A stretch of DNA of 41,385 nucleotides from IMG/VR virus record IMGVR_UViG_3300031951_000404; one strand, given 5' to 3'. Origin of the DNA: a virus. The position numbers and the translations under genes were made by a program. Below the pieces are notes generated by a model. The model had not been told where the DNA came from and searched no databases. It was given only the letters and a program-made list of their open reading frames with translations. Each line of letters starts with the position of its first letter. Positions within the stretch are counted from its first letter, which is position 1. This document shows positions 1 through 6,555 of the stretch, piece by piece.

Positions 1-127
1 CCTGTTCCGGCGTCATGCCGTAGCGGTCACGGTCTGCGGGCTTGCCCAACGGATAGCCGGGGCGTGTGGCAAGGGCTAGGGCGGTCATGCTGCTTCCCTT
101 TCTATTTCTGCGAGGGGGTCAAACCCG
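1..127. repeat. Terminal overlap copy 1, identical to 41259-41385 (circular contig closure or short terminal redundancy)
   Basis: Bases 1-127 (cctgttccggcgtcatgccg...gagggggtcaaacccg) recur base for base as the last 127 bases. When the ends are joined, the stop of ORF 85-510 overlaps the start of ORF 41047-41346 (ATGA). Confidence 0.95.
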
Positions 128-510
128 TAGGTTCCAGCCAGCAGCCTTGCGGCTTCATCAAAGAACGTCTTGAACTGAGCCGCGTCCATCTTGGCTAGCG
201 CAACAGAGTCAGGAATCCACACCACCTCACCATCTAGCCGCTTCATCGGCGTGGTGAATCCAAGGTGAATTTTCACTGCATCGTGGAGGTGTTCGGCTGT
301 GGGGTAAGCCCCTGTTGCCTCCACTACATTTTGCAGCATTCGCCAATACAGCCGAAGCTGGGGCAACGAACGCCGCTTCTTGATGCTGACTTCTACATCA
401 CTATGCAAAGCGTATCCGGCCAGCAGATCGCTTGCCTGACGGGTGCGGGGTTCTAGCCCCCGCTCCGTCCTTCGCAATATCAGCGGTATTCGTTCCCTGT
501 CGGGCTTCAT
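85..510 (-). CDS. NinB/Orf-like recombination mediator (tentative)
   Basis: 141-aa ORF with a 4-nt overlap with the erf gene. RSLPQLRLYWRML resembles the RSLDQNRKLW core of lambda NinB/Orf. It sits next to an annealase, as in lambdoid recombination modules. Confidence 0.45.
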   Translation of the reverse strand: MKPDRERIPLILRRTERGLEPRTRQASDLLAGYALHSDVEVSIKKRRSLPQLRLYWRMLQNVVEATGAYPTAEHLHDAVKIHLGFTTPMKRLDGEVVWIPDSVALAKMDAAQFKTFFDEAARLLAGTYGFDPLAEIEREAA

Positions 511-1190
511 ACGGCCACACCCGCAAGGTTGTCTTTATGAAGAAAGTAGGCGTTTTCAAAATCCCCCATCCACTTTTCGGGGAGTTTGTCTACGTCAGGG
601 CGGCGCAACTTGAGCCATTCCTTTAGCCCGTCAACGGTCTTGGCCTGTTCCATTTCCCGCACAAGCGTTGCAAAAAGTTCCTTTGCTGCGGCGTTGGACG
701 GGGCTCCGGGCGTTCCGGTCAGATCGGCTGTGTCCGGTCCCTGGTATGTGCGGTCTGTTGCAACGGACAGCGGTTTAGCCTTCTGCGGCGGCGCAACGGG
801 CTTGTCGTTTGCGGCATTGCCATCGTCATCAGGTTCAGCCGGGCCGATGCAGCCGATTGCCGCCAACGAATAGCGACGGGCATAGGTGTAGCTGCTCCCC
901 ATAGATTGTGGCTTGTCATAAGAAATTGGGAAAATGCTTTCTATCCACTGACCAGAAGAATGCATCAGGCGAGTGACCACAAGCAGCCCATCGCCCGCCG
1001 TTTCCATGCCCTGCACCACCGAAAGGCCCTGTGCCGCAAGGTATGGAAGGACAGCATCGCGGACCTCGGCAAGGTCGGCATACTTGTTTTTGAAGTGGGG
1101 ATTTACCGAATGCTTGGAGGCATTCTTCATTTCCGCCTGCGCCTTGGCAAGTGCCGCCGCCAGTTCGTTGATCTGCTCACTTGTTCTCAT
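507..1190 (-). CDS. erf: ERF-family single-strand annealing protein
   Basis: The N-terminus INELAAALAKAQAEMKNASKHSVNPHFKNKYADLAEVRDAV is the canonical ERF-superfamily signature. 227 aa. Confidence 0.85.
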   Translation of the reverse strand: MRTSEQINELAAALAKAQAEMKNASKHSVNPHFKNKYADLAEVRDAVLPYLAAQGLSVVQGMETAGDGLLVVTRLMHSSGQWIESIFPISYDKPQSMGSSYTYARRYSLAAIGCIGPAEPDDDGNAANDKPVAPPQKAKPLSVATDRTYQGPDTADLTGTPGAPSNAAAKELFATLVREMEQAKTVDGLKEWLKLRRPDVDKLPEKWMGDFENAYFLHKDNLAGVAV

Positions 1191-1317
1191 CGTCTTCCTC
1201 CATGCCCCACACTAGGGCTTCAATTGCATCGTCCAAATTGCATTCGGGATGTTCGGCCAGGTACGCCGTGACCCGGTCATCAAGGCACGGCCATTCGGCG
1301 GGGGGGTCATCGTCCAT
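1177..1317 (-). CDS. Hypothetical acidic protein, 46 aa (MDDDPPAEW...)
   Basis: Internal ATG of the 92-aa track ORF, with GGAG about 10 nt upstream. The ATG overlaps the stop of the 21-aa micro-ORF (TGATG). Confidence 0.4.
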   Translation of the reverse strand: MDDDPPAEWPCLDDRVTAYLAEHPECNLDDAIEALVWGMEEDDENK

Positions 1318-1382
1318 CACAGTCCGGCTCCTATGCACATGAAGATGAACAGCGCGGTGCAGATCAGGTAATCGCGGATCAT
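1317..1382 (-). CDS. Micro-ORF, 21-aa hydrophobic peptide MIRDYLICTALFIFMCIGAGL
   Basis: Hand translation. Its ATG overlaps the upstream stop (ATGA) and its TGA overlaps the downstream ATG (TGATG). It is below the ORF-track size cutoff. Confidence 0.3.
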   Translation of the reverse strand: MIRDYLICTALFIFMCIGAGL

Positions 1383-1588
1383 TGCGCGGGCTCCTCATGA
1401 GGAGGGACCAGTGACATGACGCGCTCTGCGGCTTCCTTGAGCCCGCTATGAGCAATCATCGCCCGGTTCGGTGTCGGTTGAGAGTCGTATGGATCGTCTT
1501 CAACGTCCTGATAGTTGTCCAGAACGTCGAGGGCGTATGCTGCCTGATCCAGCAGTTCCATGATGGCGGTCCACAGGCGCTTGTCCAT
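1379..1588 (-). CDS. Hypothetical protein, 69 aa from MDKRLW (track ORF extends to 1633)
   Basis: The ATG lies 1 nt after the stop of the upstream 110-aa ORF (TGAcATG), with AGGA upstream. No recognisable motif. Confidence 0.5.
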   Translation of the reverse strand: MDKRLWTAIMELLDQAAYALDVLDNYQDVEDDPYDSQPTPNRAMIAHSGLKEAAERVMSLVPPHEEPAQ

Positions 1589-1589
1589 G

Positions 1590-1922
1590 TCAGCGGTCCT
1601 GTGCCATATCGCGGAGGTAGTCGCCCCGGTCACTGTCCATGTCGGCTAGCCGTTCGCGGATCTGTTCTTCCATCCATTCGCGGGCAACATATTGGTCAAA
1701 GACCTCGGCCAAGTTGTCGGGAACGGTGATGCTGACAGCTTGGAGCGAACTGGTACCGTCCTTGGCCCATACACGCTGTTCGCCTTCAACGCGGTACTCA
1801 TCAACCCACCACTCAAGTTCGCCGTAACGACGGTCAACTTTGTAGTCGATGACGGCGGTCACATCGGTTTCGAACAGACAGACGCCGCCAATGATGCAGC
1901 TAATGGTCGTTTCGATTTTCAT
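1590..1922 (-). CDS. Hypothetical protein, first gene of the leftward early operon
   Basis: 110-aa ORF. GGAG lies 9 nt before the ATG, directly downstream of a candidate leftward promoter. Confidence 0.6.
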   Translation of the reverse strand: MKIETTISCIIGGVCLFETDVTAVIDYKVDRRYGELEWWVDEYRVEGEQRVWAKDGTSSLQAVSITVPDNLAEVFDQYVAREWMEEQIRERLADMDSDRGDYLRDMAQDR

Positions 1923-1937
1923 GGGGCTATCTCCCTT

Positions 1938-2082
1938 GTGATGGGAGTATGTATATCACGTTTCGTGGGTATTGCAAGCACAAAAAACCACGCACCGTGG
2001 TATTAGCGGCTATCCCGCGTCAGGACGCCGCACGCAATACAACCAGCGGGGTATTGACGAATACCACCAAGCGTGATAATCA
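1938..2082. promoter_or_regulatory. Divergent early promoter/operator region
   Basis: Leftward promoter: -35 TTGCAA (1972-1977), 16-nt spacer, -10 TATACA (complement of 1950-1955). Rightward promoter: -35 TTGACG (2054-2059), -10 GATAAT (2075-2080). The GTGGTATT-like 8-mer occurs at 1965-1973, 1998-2005 and 2048-2055, and inverted at 2036-2043 and 2060-2067. GGTATT-GACG-AATACC (2050-2065) is a palindrome over the rightward -35. Confidence 0.5.
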
Positions 2083-2088
2083 GTCGGC

Positions 2089-2301
2089 ATGTCAACAAAA
2101 GAAGCCATGCGCGACCTCATCAAATCCTTCGGCGGGCAAAAGGCTGTTGCCGATCTGGTGGGCGTCAAGCAGAGCGCGGTTTCAATGGCTCTCATCCGTG
2201 GGAACATTCCTCATCGCTGGCGCATGAAGCTCTACAGCGAGGCCACGGCACGCAGCATCAAGTTTGATCCTGCTCTCCTCGGGTTGGAGAGCGCCCAATG
2301 A
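2089..2301 (+). CDS. Cro/YdaS-like helix-turn-helix regulator
   Basis: 70 aa. GGQKAVADLVGVKQSAVSMALIRGNIP is a typical Cro/YdaS-type HTH. It is the first gene of the rightward operon. Confidence 0.7.
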   Translation: MSTKEAMRDLIKSFGGQKAVADLVGVKQSAVSMALIRGNIPHRWRMKLYSEATARSIKFDPALLGLESAQ

Positions 2302-2365
2302 GTTCCCCCGCCCGTTGCTGCCCTGACACAGCAACACGCGCACTCTCCCCGCGTGGCGGTAACTG

Positions 2366-2401
2366 GCCCCCGGCGTCCCTCCTCCCCGCCGGGGGCTTTT
2401 T
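2366..2401 (+). terminator. Intrinsic terminator between the cro-like gene and the delayed-early genes
   Basis: Perfect 10-bp GC stem (gcccccggcg 2366-2375 / cgccgggggc 2387-2396) with an 11-nt loop, followed by TTTTT (2397-2401). Confidence 0.8.
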
Positions 2402-2466
2402 CTATTCACACCAACGCGGCGTTTCACCCGCCGTTCCGTAGTCCAGCAAATAAACATGGGGGTTTC

Positions 2467-2568
2467 ATGTTCTGGCGATTGTGGCTGATCCGCTTTCAGA
2501 TTTGGCTTCTGCGGCAGCGCGTCGAGTGGTCTGCGGCGTGGCGTGAAGTGGTGCGGTGGCGCAGATGA
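2467..2568 (+). CDS. Micro-ORF, 33-aa Trp/Arg-rich peptide MFWRLWLIRFQIWLLRQRVEWSAAWREVVRWRR
   Basis: Its TGA overlaps the rusA ATG (ATGA at 2565-2568). Coding status is uncertain. Confidence 0.25.
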   Translation: MFWRLWLIRFQIWLLRQRVEWSAAWREVVRWRR

Positions 2569-2942
2569 AAACCAAGCTGACCCTCGCAGCCCTTCCTCCG
2601 AGCGTCAACGCGATATGGCGTCACGGCAAAGGCGGCAAGACATACCGAACAGCGGCCTACATGACGTTTATTCGAGGAGAGGAATGGAACGTCCAGCCGC
2701 AGCTTATCAAGCAGCATCGCTTTCGCGGCCCGGTTTATGTGACAATCGCCATGAGGCGTCCGCGATCCAATGCGGACCTGGACAATCGCATCAAAGGCAT
2801 TCTGGACTTTTTGCAGCACGTTGCCGCGATAGACGATGACAAAAACGTATACGGCGTCAACGCATTTTGGACCGTTGACCTTCCTGCGGGCGTGGCTGCG
2901 GAAATATCCATTGTTCAGGCTGACGCGCTGGAGGCCGCATGA
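2565..2942 (+). CDS. rusA: RusA-family Holliday junction resolvase
   Basis: LPPSVNAIWRHG ... ADLDNRIKGILDFL ... IDDDKNV matches RusA motifs. An alternative GTG start exists at 2556. Confidence 0.85.
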   Translation: MKTKLTLAALPPSVNAIWRHGKGGKTYRTAAYMTFIRGEEWNVQPQLIKQHRFRGPVYVTIAMRRPRSNADLDNRIKGILDFLQHVAAIDDDKNVYGVNAFWTVDLPAGVAAEISIVQADALEAA

Positions 2943-3451
2943 ACTGGACCCCCGAAACCATTGACGAACTGATCCGCCTCTGGCGTCAGGGCCTCACGTC
3001 TTACCAGCTAGCCAAACATTTCAACACAACCCGCAATAGCATCATGGGCAAACTCCACCGCGAGAAACTGCGCCGCGCCACTCAGGGCGAACCGATAGAG
3101 CGCCGCACCATCGCCAATACCGGAACCATCACCAAACGACGCTACACACGGAGGGAAGCCATGTTGACTTTGCCTGAACGTGCCGGGTCTGTATTGCGTA
3201 TTGTAGAGCCTGCTCCCGTGGTACCAGATCAGGGGCAGCTTGCTAGCATCGTGGACGTGACCGGGTGTCGCTGGCCCGTGAAGGATGACCCGGAGTTTAT
3301 AGGCGGCTTTGCCTTCTGCAACCACGCCCAGCGGGACGGCTCGGCGTATTGCGAGTATCACGCCCGGATGAACGTCGCCCCGTGGAGCGCAGACGCCAAG
3401 CGGCGCACGGAAGCAACGATCAATTACATATTGAAGCGGGTGGCAGCATGA
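2939..3451 (+). CDS. gcrA: GcrA-like cell-cycle transcription regulator homologue
   Basis: The N-terminus WTPETIDELIRLWRQGLTSYQLAKHFNTTRNSIMGKLHR and the C-terminus CRWPVKDDPEFIGGFAFCNHAQRDGSAYCEYHA both match the GcrA family pattern. Confidence 0.85.
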   Translation: MNWTPETIDELIRLWRQGLTSYQLAKHFNTTRNSIMGKLHREKLRRATQGEPIERRTIANTGTITKRRYTRREAMLTLPERAGSVLRIVEPAPVVPDQGQLASIVDVTGCRWPVKDDPEFIGGFAFCNHAQRDGSAYCEYHARMNVAPWSADAKRRTEATINYILKRVAA

Positions 3452-3675
3452 CGCCAGAACAGCGGATGCGAGAGAAGAAAGTCGAGGGCCGGGGCCGTAT
3501 CAACAATGCCCGCTTTCCCCTGCGGTTTTTCGAGGTTGGCGAGGAAATGTTTTTCGCGGGCGCGCCAACCAACGCCATCACGAAGCGGGCTTCTGATCTG
3601 AGGCCGATGAAGTTCCGCGTTCGTCAGGTCCAGATTCGGGGCATTCCAGGCGCTTATGTGTGGAGGATCAAATGA
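3448..3675 (+). CDS. Hypothetical protein (75 aa)
   Basis: ATGA overlap with the gcrA stop. No motif recognised. Confidence 0.55.
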   Translation: MTPEQRMREKKVEGRGRINNARFPLRFFEVGEEMFFAGAPTNAITKRASDLRPMKFRVRQVQIRGIPGAYVWRIK

Positions 3676-4046
3676 ACGCAGAAGAATATATGAAGTCGAA
3701 GTTGGACGGGTTTTTCTTCGTCATGGGCCAGAGCTATCTCGGCCAGTTGCGTGTCTTCACCCGCAAGGTGGGGCGGGACCAGCTGCCGCATTATCATCTG
3801 CTTCTGGACGAGACGGAGCGGGCGCAAGAAGCGGTCAAGAGGCGTGGCCCCCCGCCGCCGTCCTTCACAGCCGACCATGACGAACAGATCATCGAACTCC
3901 GCAGCGCGGGCCTGTCCTGGGAGAAAATCTCTCAGCGGATGCGCAAGCACAAGCACTCAATCCGCATTCGGTACGAAATGCTGGTGCATGAGCGGGGTTT
4001 GGTCCCGGTGACTCTGCGGCAATTCAAGCAGGGGGTGGGGGCATGA
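3672..4046 (+). CDS. Hypothetical protein with C-terminal HTH-like segment
   Basis: ATGA overlap with the upstream stop. DEQIIELRSAGLSWEKISQRM resembles a GcrA-N/Myb/sigma-r4-type HTH. Confidence 0.5.
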   Translation: MNAEEYMKSKLDGFFFVMGQSYLGQLRVFTRKVGRDQLPHYHLLLDETERAQEAVKRRGPPPPSFTADHDEQIIELRSAGLSWEKISQRMRKHKHSIRIRYEMLVHERGLVPVTLRQFKQGVGA

Positions 4047-4135
4047 GTACGGCAGCCTTTCTTCTCATAGCCGTGATTGCCGAGTGCGCCGTCCTGTGGC
4101 TGGCCTATTCAATGGGGAGGGACATGGCGCAATGA
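4043..4135 (+). CDS. Micro-ORF, 30-aa single-TM peptide MSTAAFLLIAVIAECAVLWLAYSMGRDMAQ
   Basis: Hand translation. There are ATGA overlaps at both ends (4043-4046 and 4132-4135). Confidence 0.35.
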   Translation: MSTAAFLLIAVIAECAVLWLAYSMGRDMAQ

Positions 4136-4902
4136 GCAGATGGTTCCGCATGTACTCAGACGTTCTGGACGATCCAAAGGTTCAGAAGCTCCCCGCCGAT
4201 TTGTTCAAGGCATGGGTCAACCTCCTATGCCTTGCCAGCCGCAATGATGGTGTGCTTCCCGCACTGGAAGACATCGCCTTCGCGCTCCGCATGTCACAAG
4301 ATGTCACTGTGACAGTCACAGCGGAGCTTGTGAAAAGGGGTTTGCTTGATGAGTGTGACGGGCTTTCGCCGCACAATTGGGCCGAACGCCAGTTCAAGAG
4401 CGACACGCCGGAAGATGCTAAAGAGCGGAAAAGAAAGCAACGGCAGCGCGAAAAACAGCAGCAAAACACCGATAATGTCACGGAATGTCACAGTGACAGT
4501 CACAACGAAGTCACGCCCCCAGAACAGAGCAGAACAGATACAGAGCAGAGCAGAGCAGAGCAGACGCCCGCGCGCACTCAAGACCCAAAGCATTGGGAAG
4601 AGGTCCAAGACTTTCTCAAACAGCCTGACAGCCTCACGGATTGGGAGGTCGACTTCCTGCACTCGGTCAAGTGGAAGCCGTCGCTGACCGAATTGCAGCG
4701 CGAAAGCCTCAAGGGCATTCGAGACAAGCTGCGCTCAACCACCAATGGCGGGTGCATCTTGCCGTCAGTGAAGCGCGGAACCCCGGCGTATGATGCCTGG
4801 ATTGCCCACTATCGCAAGACCAAGGGCAAGGCCACGTTTTACGAGAAACTGGACGCCCTCACCGTGCCATCTGAGTTCCCCCCACAGGAGCAAGCGGCGT
4901 GA
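4132..4902 (+). CDS. Replication initiation / replisome-organiser-like protein
   Basis: The N-terminus MSRWFRMYSDVLDDPKVQKLPADLFKAWVNLLCLAS...GVLP is typical of phage replisome-organiser / DUF1376-type winged-helix domains. The gene carries iteron clusters internally, as lambda O does. Confidence 0.55.
   Translation: MSRWFRMYSDVLDDPKVQKLPADLFKAWVNLLCLASRNDGVLPALEDIAFALRMSQDVTVTVTAELVKRGLLDECDGLSPHNWAERQFKSDTPEDAKERKRKQRQREKQQQNTDNVTECHSDSHNEVTPPEQSRTDTEQSRAEQTPARTQDPKHWEEVQDFLKQPDSLTDWEVDFLHSVKWKPSLTELQRESLKGIRDKLRSTTNGGCILPSVKRGTPAYDAWIAHYRKTKGKATFYEKLDALTVPSEFPPQEQAA
4291..4323. repeat. Iteron cluster A (candidate origin element)
   Basis: atGTCACaagatGTCACtGTGACaGTCACagcg. (A)TGTCAC starts 10 bp apart, with an inverted copy forming GTCAC-T-GTGAC. 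Confidence 0.6.
4474..4565. repeat. Iteron cluster B plus a purine-rich (CAGAG)n tract (candidate origin element)
   Basis: aatGTCACggaatGTCACaGTGACaGTCACaacgaaGTCACgcc, with copies spaced 10-13 bp. This is followed by an almost T-free tract ending in CAGAG x4 (4541-4564). Confidence 0.6.
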
Positions 4903-5579
4903 CAATTCACTATCACGGCACGCCCCTGACGCCGCGCGACCAGTTGTGGCTGATGGCGGGCAAGAGCTTTTGCGTGTCCTATGCCAACCCGCAGGATGCA
5001 GATATATGCCTGCGGATCGGGCAGTCCGTCATGTGGGATAACGGAGCGTTCAGCCTGCACACCAAGGGCAGGTCGGTAGATTGGACGGCTTATTATCGCT
5101 GGCTGGAACCACGCCTTGGTCATCCGCACTGGGCGGTCATCCCTGATGTAATTGACGGCGACGTTGAGGCCAACGCACAACTTGTAAAGGAATGGCCGTT
5201 CCGCCGCGAACTGGCCGCGCCAGTTTGGCATCTAGCCGAACCGCTGGATGTGCTGCTGGGGTTCGCCCAAGACTTTGGCCGGGTGTGCTTCGGCTCGTCT
5301 GGTGCCTATTGGCAGGTTGGTTCCGATGCCTGGAGCCGTCGCACAGACGAGGCGTTTAACGAGATGGCCCGCCGTGGGCCGTTGCCGTGGGTCCACATGC
5401 TGCGCGGTATGGCCGTAGCCGGGAAACGCTGGCCGTTTGCCTCGGTTGATAGCGTGAACGTGGCGCGAAATTTTAACTCGTCAAACCAGTGTCCCGAAGC
5501 GATGGCACGAGTAATTGACGCCGTTCAATGCCCAATCAAGTGGAAATATCAACCCCAGCAAATGGACCTTATTGCATGA
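4899..5579 (+). CDS. dpdA: DpdA-like DNA-guanine transglycosylase (TGT superfamily), putative
   Basis: 226 aa. GTG start overlapping the upstream stop (GTGA). The motif order MWDNGAFS ... AVIPDVI ... CFGSSG ... VHMLRG ... ASVDSVN recalls short phage DpdA/TGT-like TIM barrels (DSGGFQ-type catalytic Asp motif). Confidence 0.6.
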   Translation: MTIHYHGTPLTPRDQLWLMAGKSFCVSYANPQDADICLRIGQSVMWDNGAFSLHTKGRSVDWTAYYRWLEPRLGHPHWAVIPDVIDGDVEANAQLVKEWPFRRELAAPVWHLAEPLDVLLGFAQDFGRVCFGSSGAYWQVGSDAWSRRTDEAFNEMARRGPLPWVHMLRGMAVAGKRWPFASVDSVNVARNFNSSNQCPEAMARVIDAVQCPIKWKYQPQQMDLIA

Positions 5580-6097
5580 AATTCTTGGTCTTCCTCGCCT
5601 ATCTCGCCACGATCCCCGCCGCCAATTGGCTCATCGGCAATGTGGGCACCATGTGCATTCCCAACGGCCCCTGCCTGATTCCGGTGGCCCCCGGCCTCAT
5701 GGCCCCTTCTGGCGTCCTGATGATCGGCGCGGCGCTGGTGCTGCGGGACGCGGTGCAGCAGCTGCTTGGCATTCGATGGGCCTTCCTCGCCATCGCCTGT
5801 GGTGTGGTACTGTCCGTTCTGGTGGCCCCGCCTGCCTTGGTCATCGCCAGCGCCACAGCATTTGCAATTGCGGAATTGTTAGACCTTGGAGTCTACACAC
5901 CGCTCCGCAAGCGCAATCTCAGCCTCGCCGTGCTGGCCTCGGGTGTTGTGGGGGCGGCGGCTGACTCTGCGGTGTTCCTGTGGTTGGCGTTCGGTTCGCT
6001 CGACTTCATGGCGGGCCAGCTTGTCGGCAAACTGTGGATGACGATAGTTGCGGCGGGTGTGTTGGCGCTGGTGCACAATCGCACGGTGCGCGCCTGA
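5576..6097 (+). CDS. yhhQ: YhhQ/VUT-family (DUF165) membrane protein, putative preQ0/preQ1 transporter
   Basis: 173 aa and polytopic. LATIPAANWLIGNVG ... APSGVLMIGAALVLRD ... FAIAELLDLGVYTPLR ... DSAVF matches the queuosine-precursor transporter family pattern. ATGA-coupled to dpdA. Confidence 0.7.
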   Translation: MKFLVFLAYLATIPAANWLIGNVGTMCIPNGPCLIPVAPGLMAPSGVLMIGAALVLRDAVQQLLGIRWAFLAIACGVVLSVLVAPPALVIASATAFAIAELLDLGVYTPLRKRNLSLAVLASGVVGAAADSAVFLWLAFGSLDFMAGQLVGKLWMTIVAAGVLALVHNRTVRA

Positions 6098-6555
6098 TGT
6101 GGTTAGTCATCCGCACCGACCACGGCAAGGAAGCCTATGTAGCCCGACAGGTGATGTTCCGGGGCTGGGATGCCTGGGTTCCCGCGCAGATCATCGTCTG
6201 CCGCCCCGCCATCGCGCGCCGGGTGTCGGCCAAGTCGCACCTCCAGAAGACCAAGGAACTCGCCATCCTCCCCCGCCGAGTCTTTGCCGCCGTGCCTATG
6301 TGGGCAGTGCATCAGGCCGAACTAGACGGGCTGCGGCACATGATGGGCTTTGAACAAAATGCGGACCAGACGCTGGTCCAAATCAACGATGCGGAGATTA
6401 GCCGATTCCGGGGCGCAATCGACGCGGAGAACATGGCCGCGCTGGCGCTGGCGACCAAAGCCTCACGAAAGCAAAAACAACGCTGGCGTTCATTGCACGA
6501 TGCATTGCTAGACATGATTGAGGCGGCCAAGGGGCAGATGGAGCAGGCAGCATAA
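6097..6555 (+). CDS. NusG-like NGN-domain protein (no KOW), putative antiterminator
   Basis: MWLVIRTDHGKEAYVARQV ... AILPRRVFAAVP ... MGFEQN...VQINDAEISRF fits the NGN fold pattern. The C-terminus is a Lys/Gln-rich helix. TGATG overlap with the yhhQ stop. Confidence 0.55.
   Translation: MWLVIRTDHGKEAYVARQVMFRGWDAWVPAQIIVCRPAIARRVSAKSHLQKTKELAILPRRVFAAVPMWAVHQAELDGLRHMMGFEQNADQTLVQINDAEISRFRGAIDAENMAALALATKASRKQKQRWRSLHDALLDMIEAAKGQMEQAA

Noticed and set aside
5980-6555. 191-aa version of the NusG-like ORF, and the 149-aa alternative-frame ORF 5515-5964
   Set aside because: The upstream extensions overlap the yhhQ membrane-protein frame. The ATG at 6097 overlaps the yhhQ stop (TGATG) and begins the NGN-like sequence.
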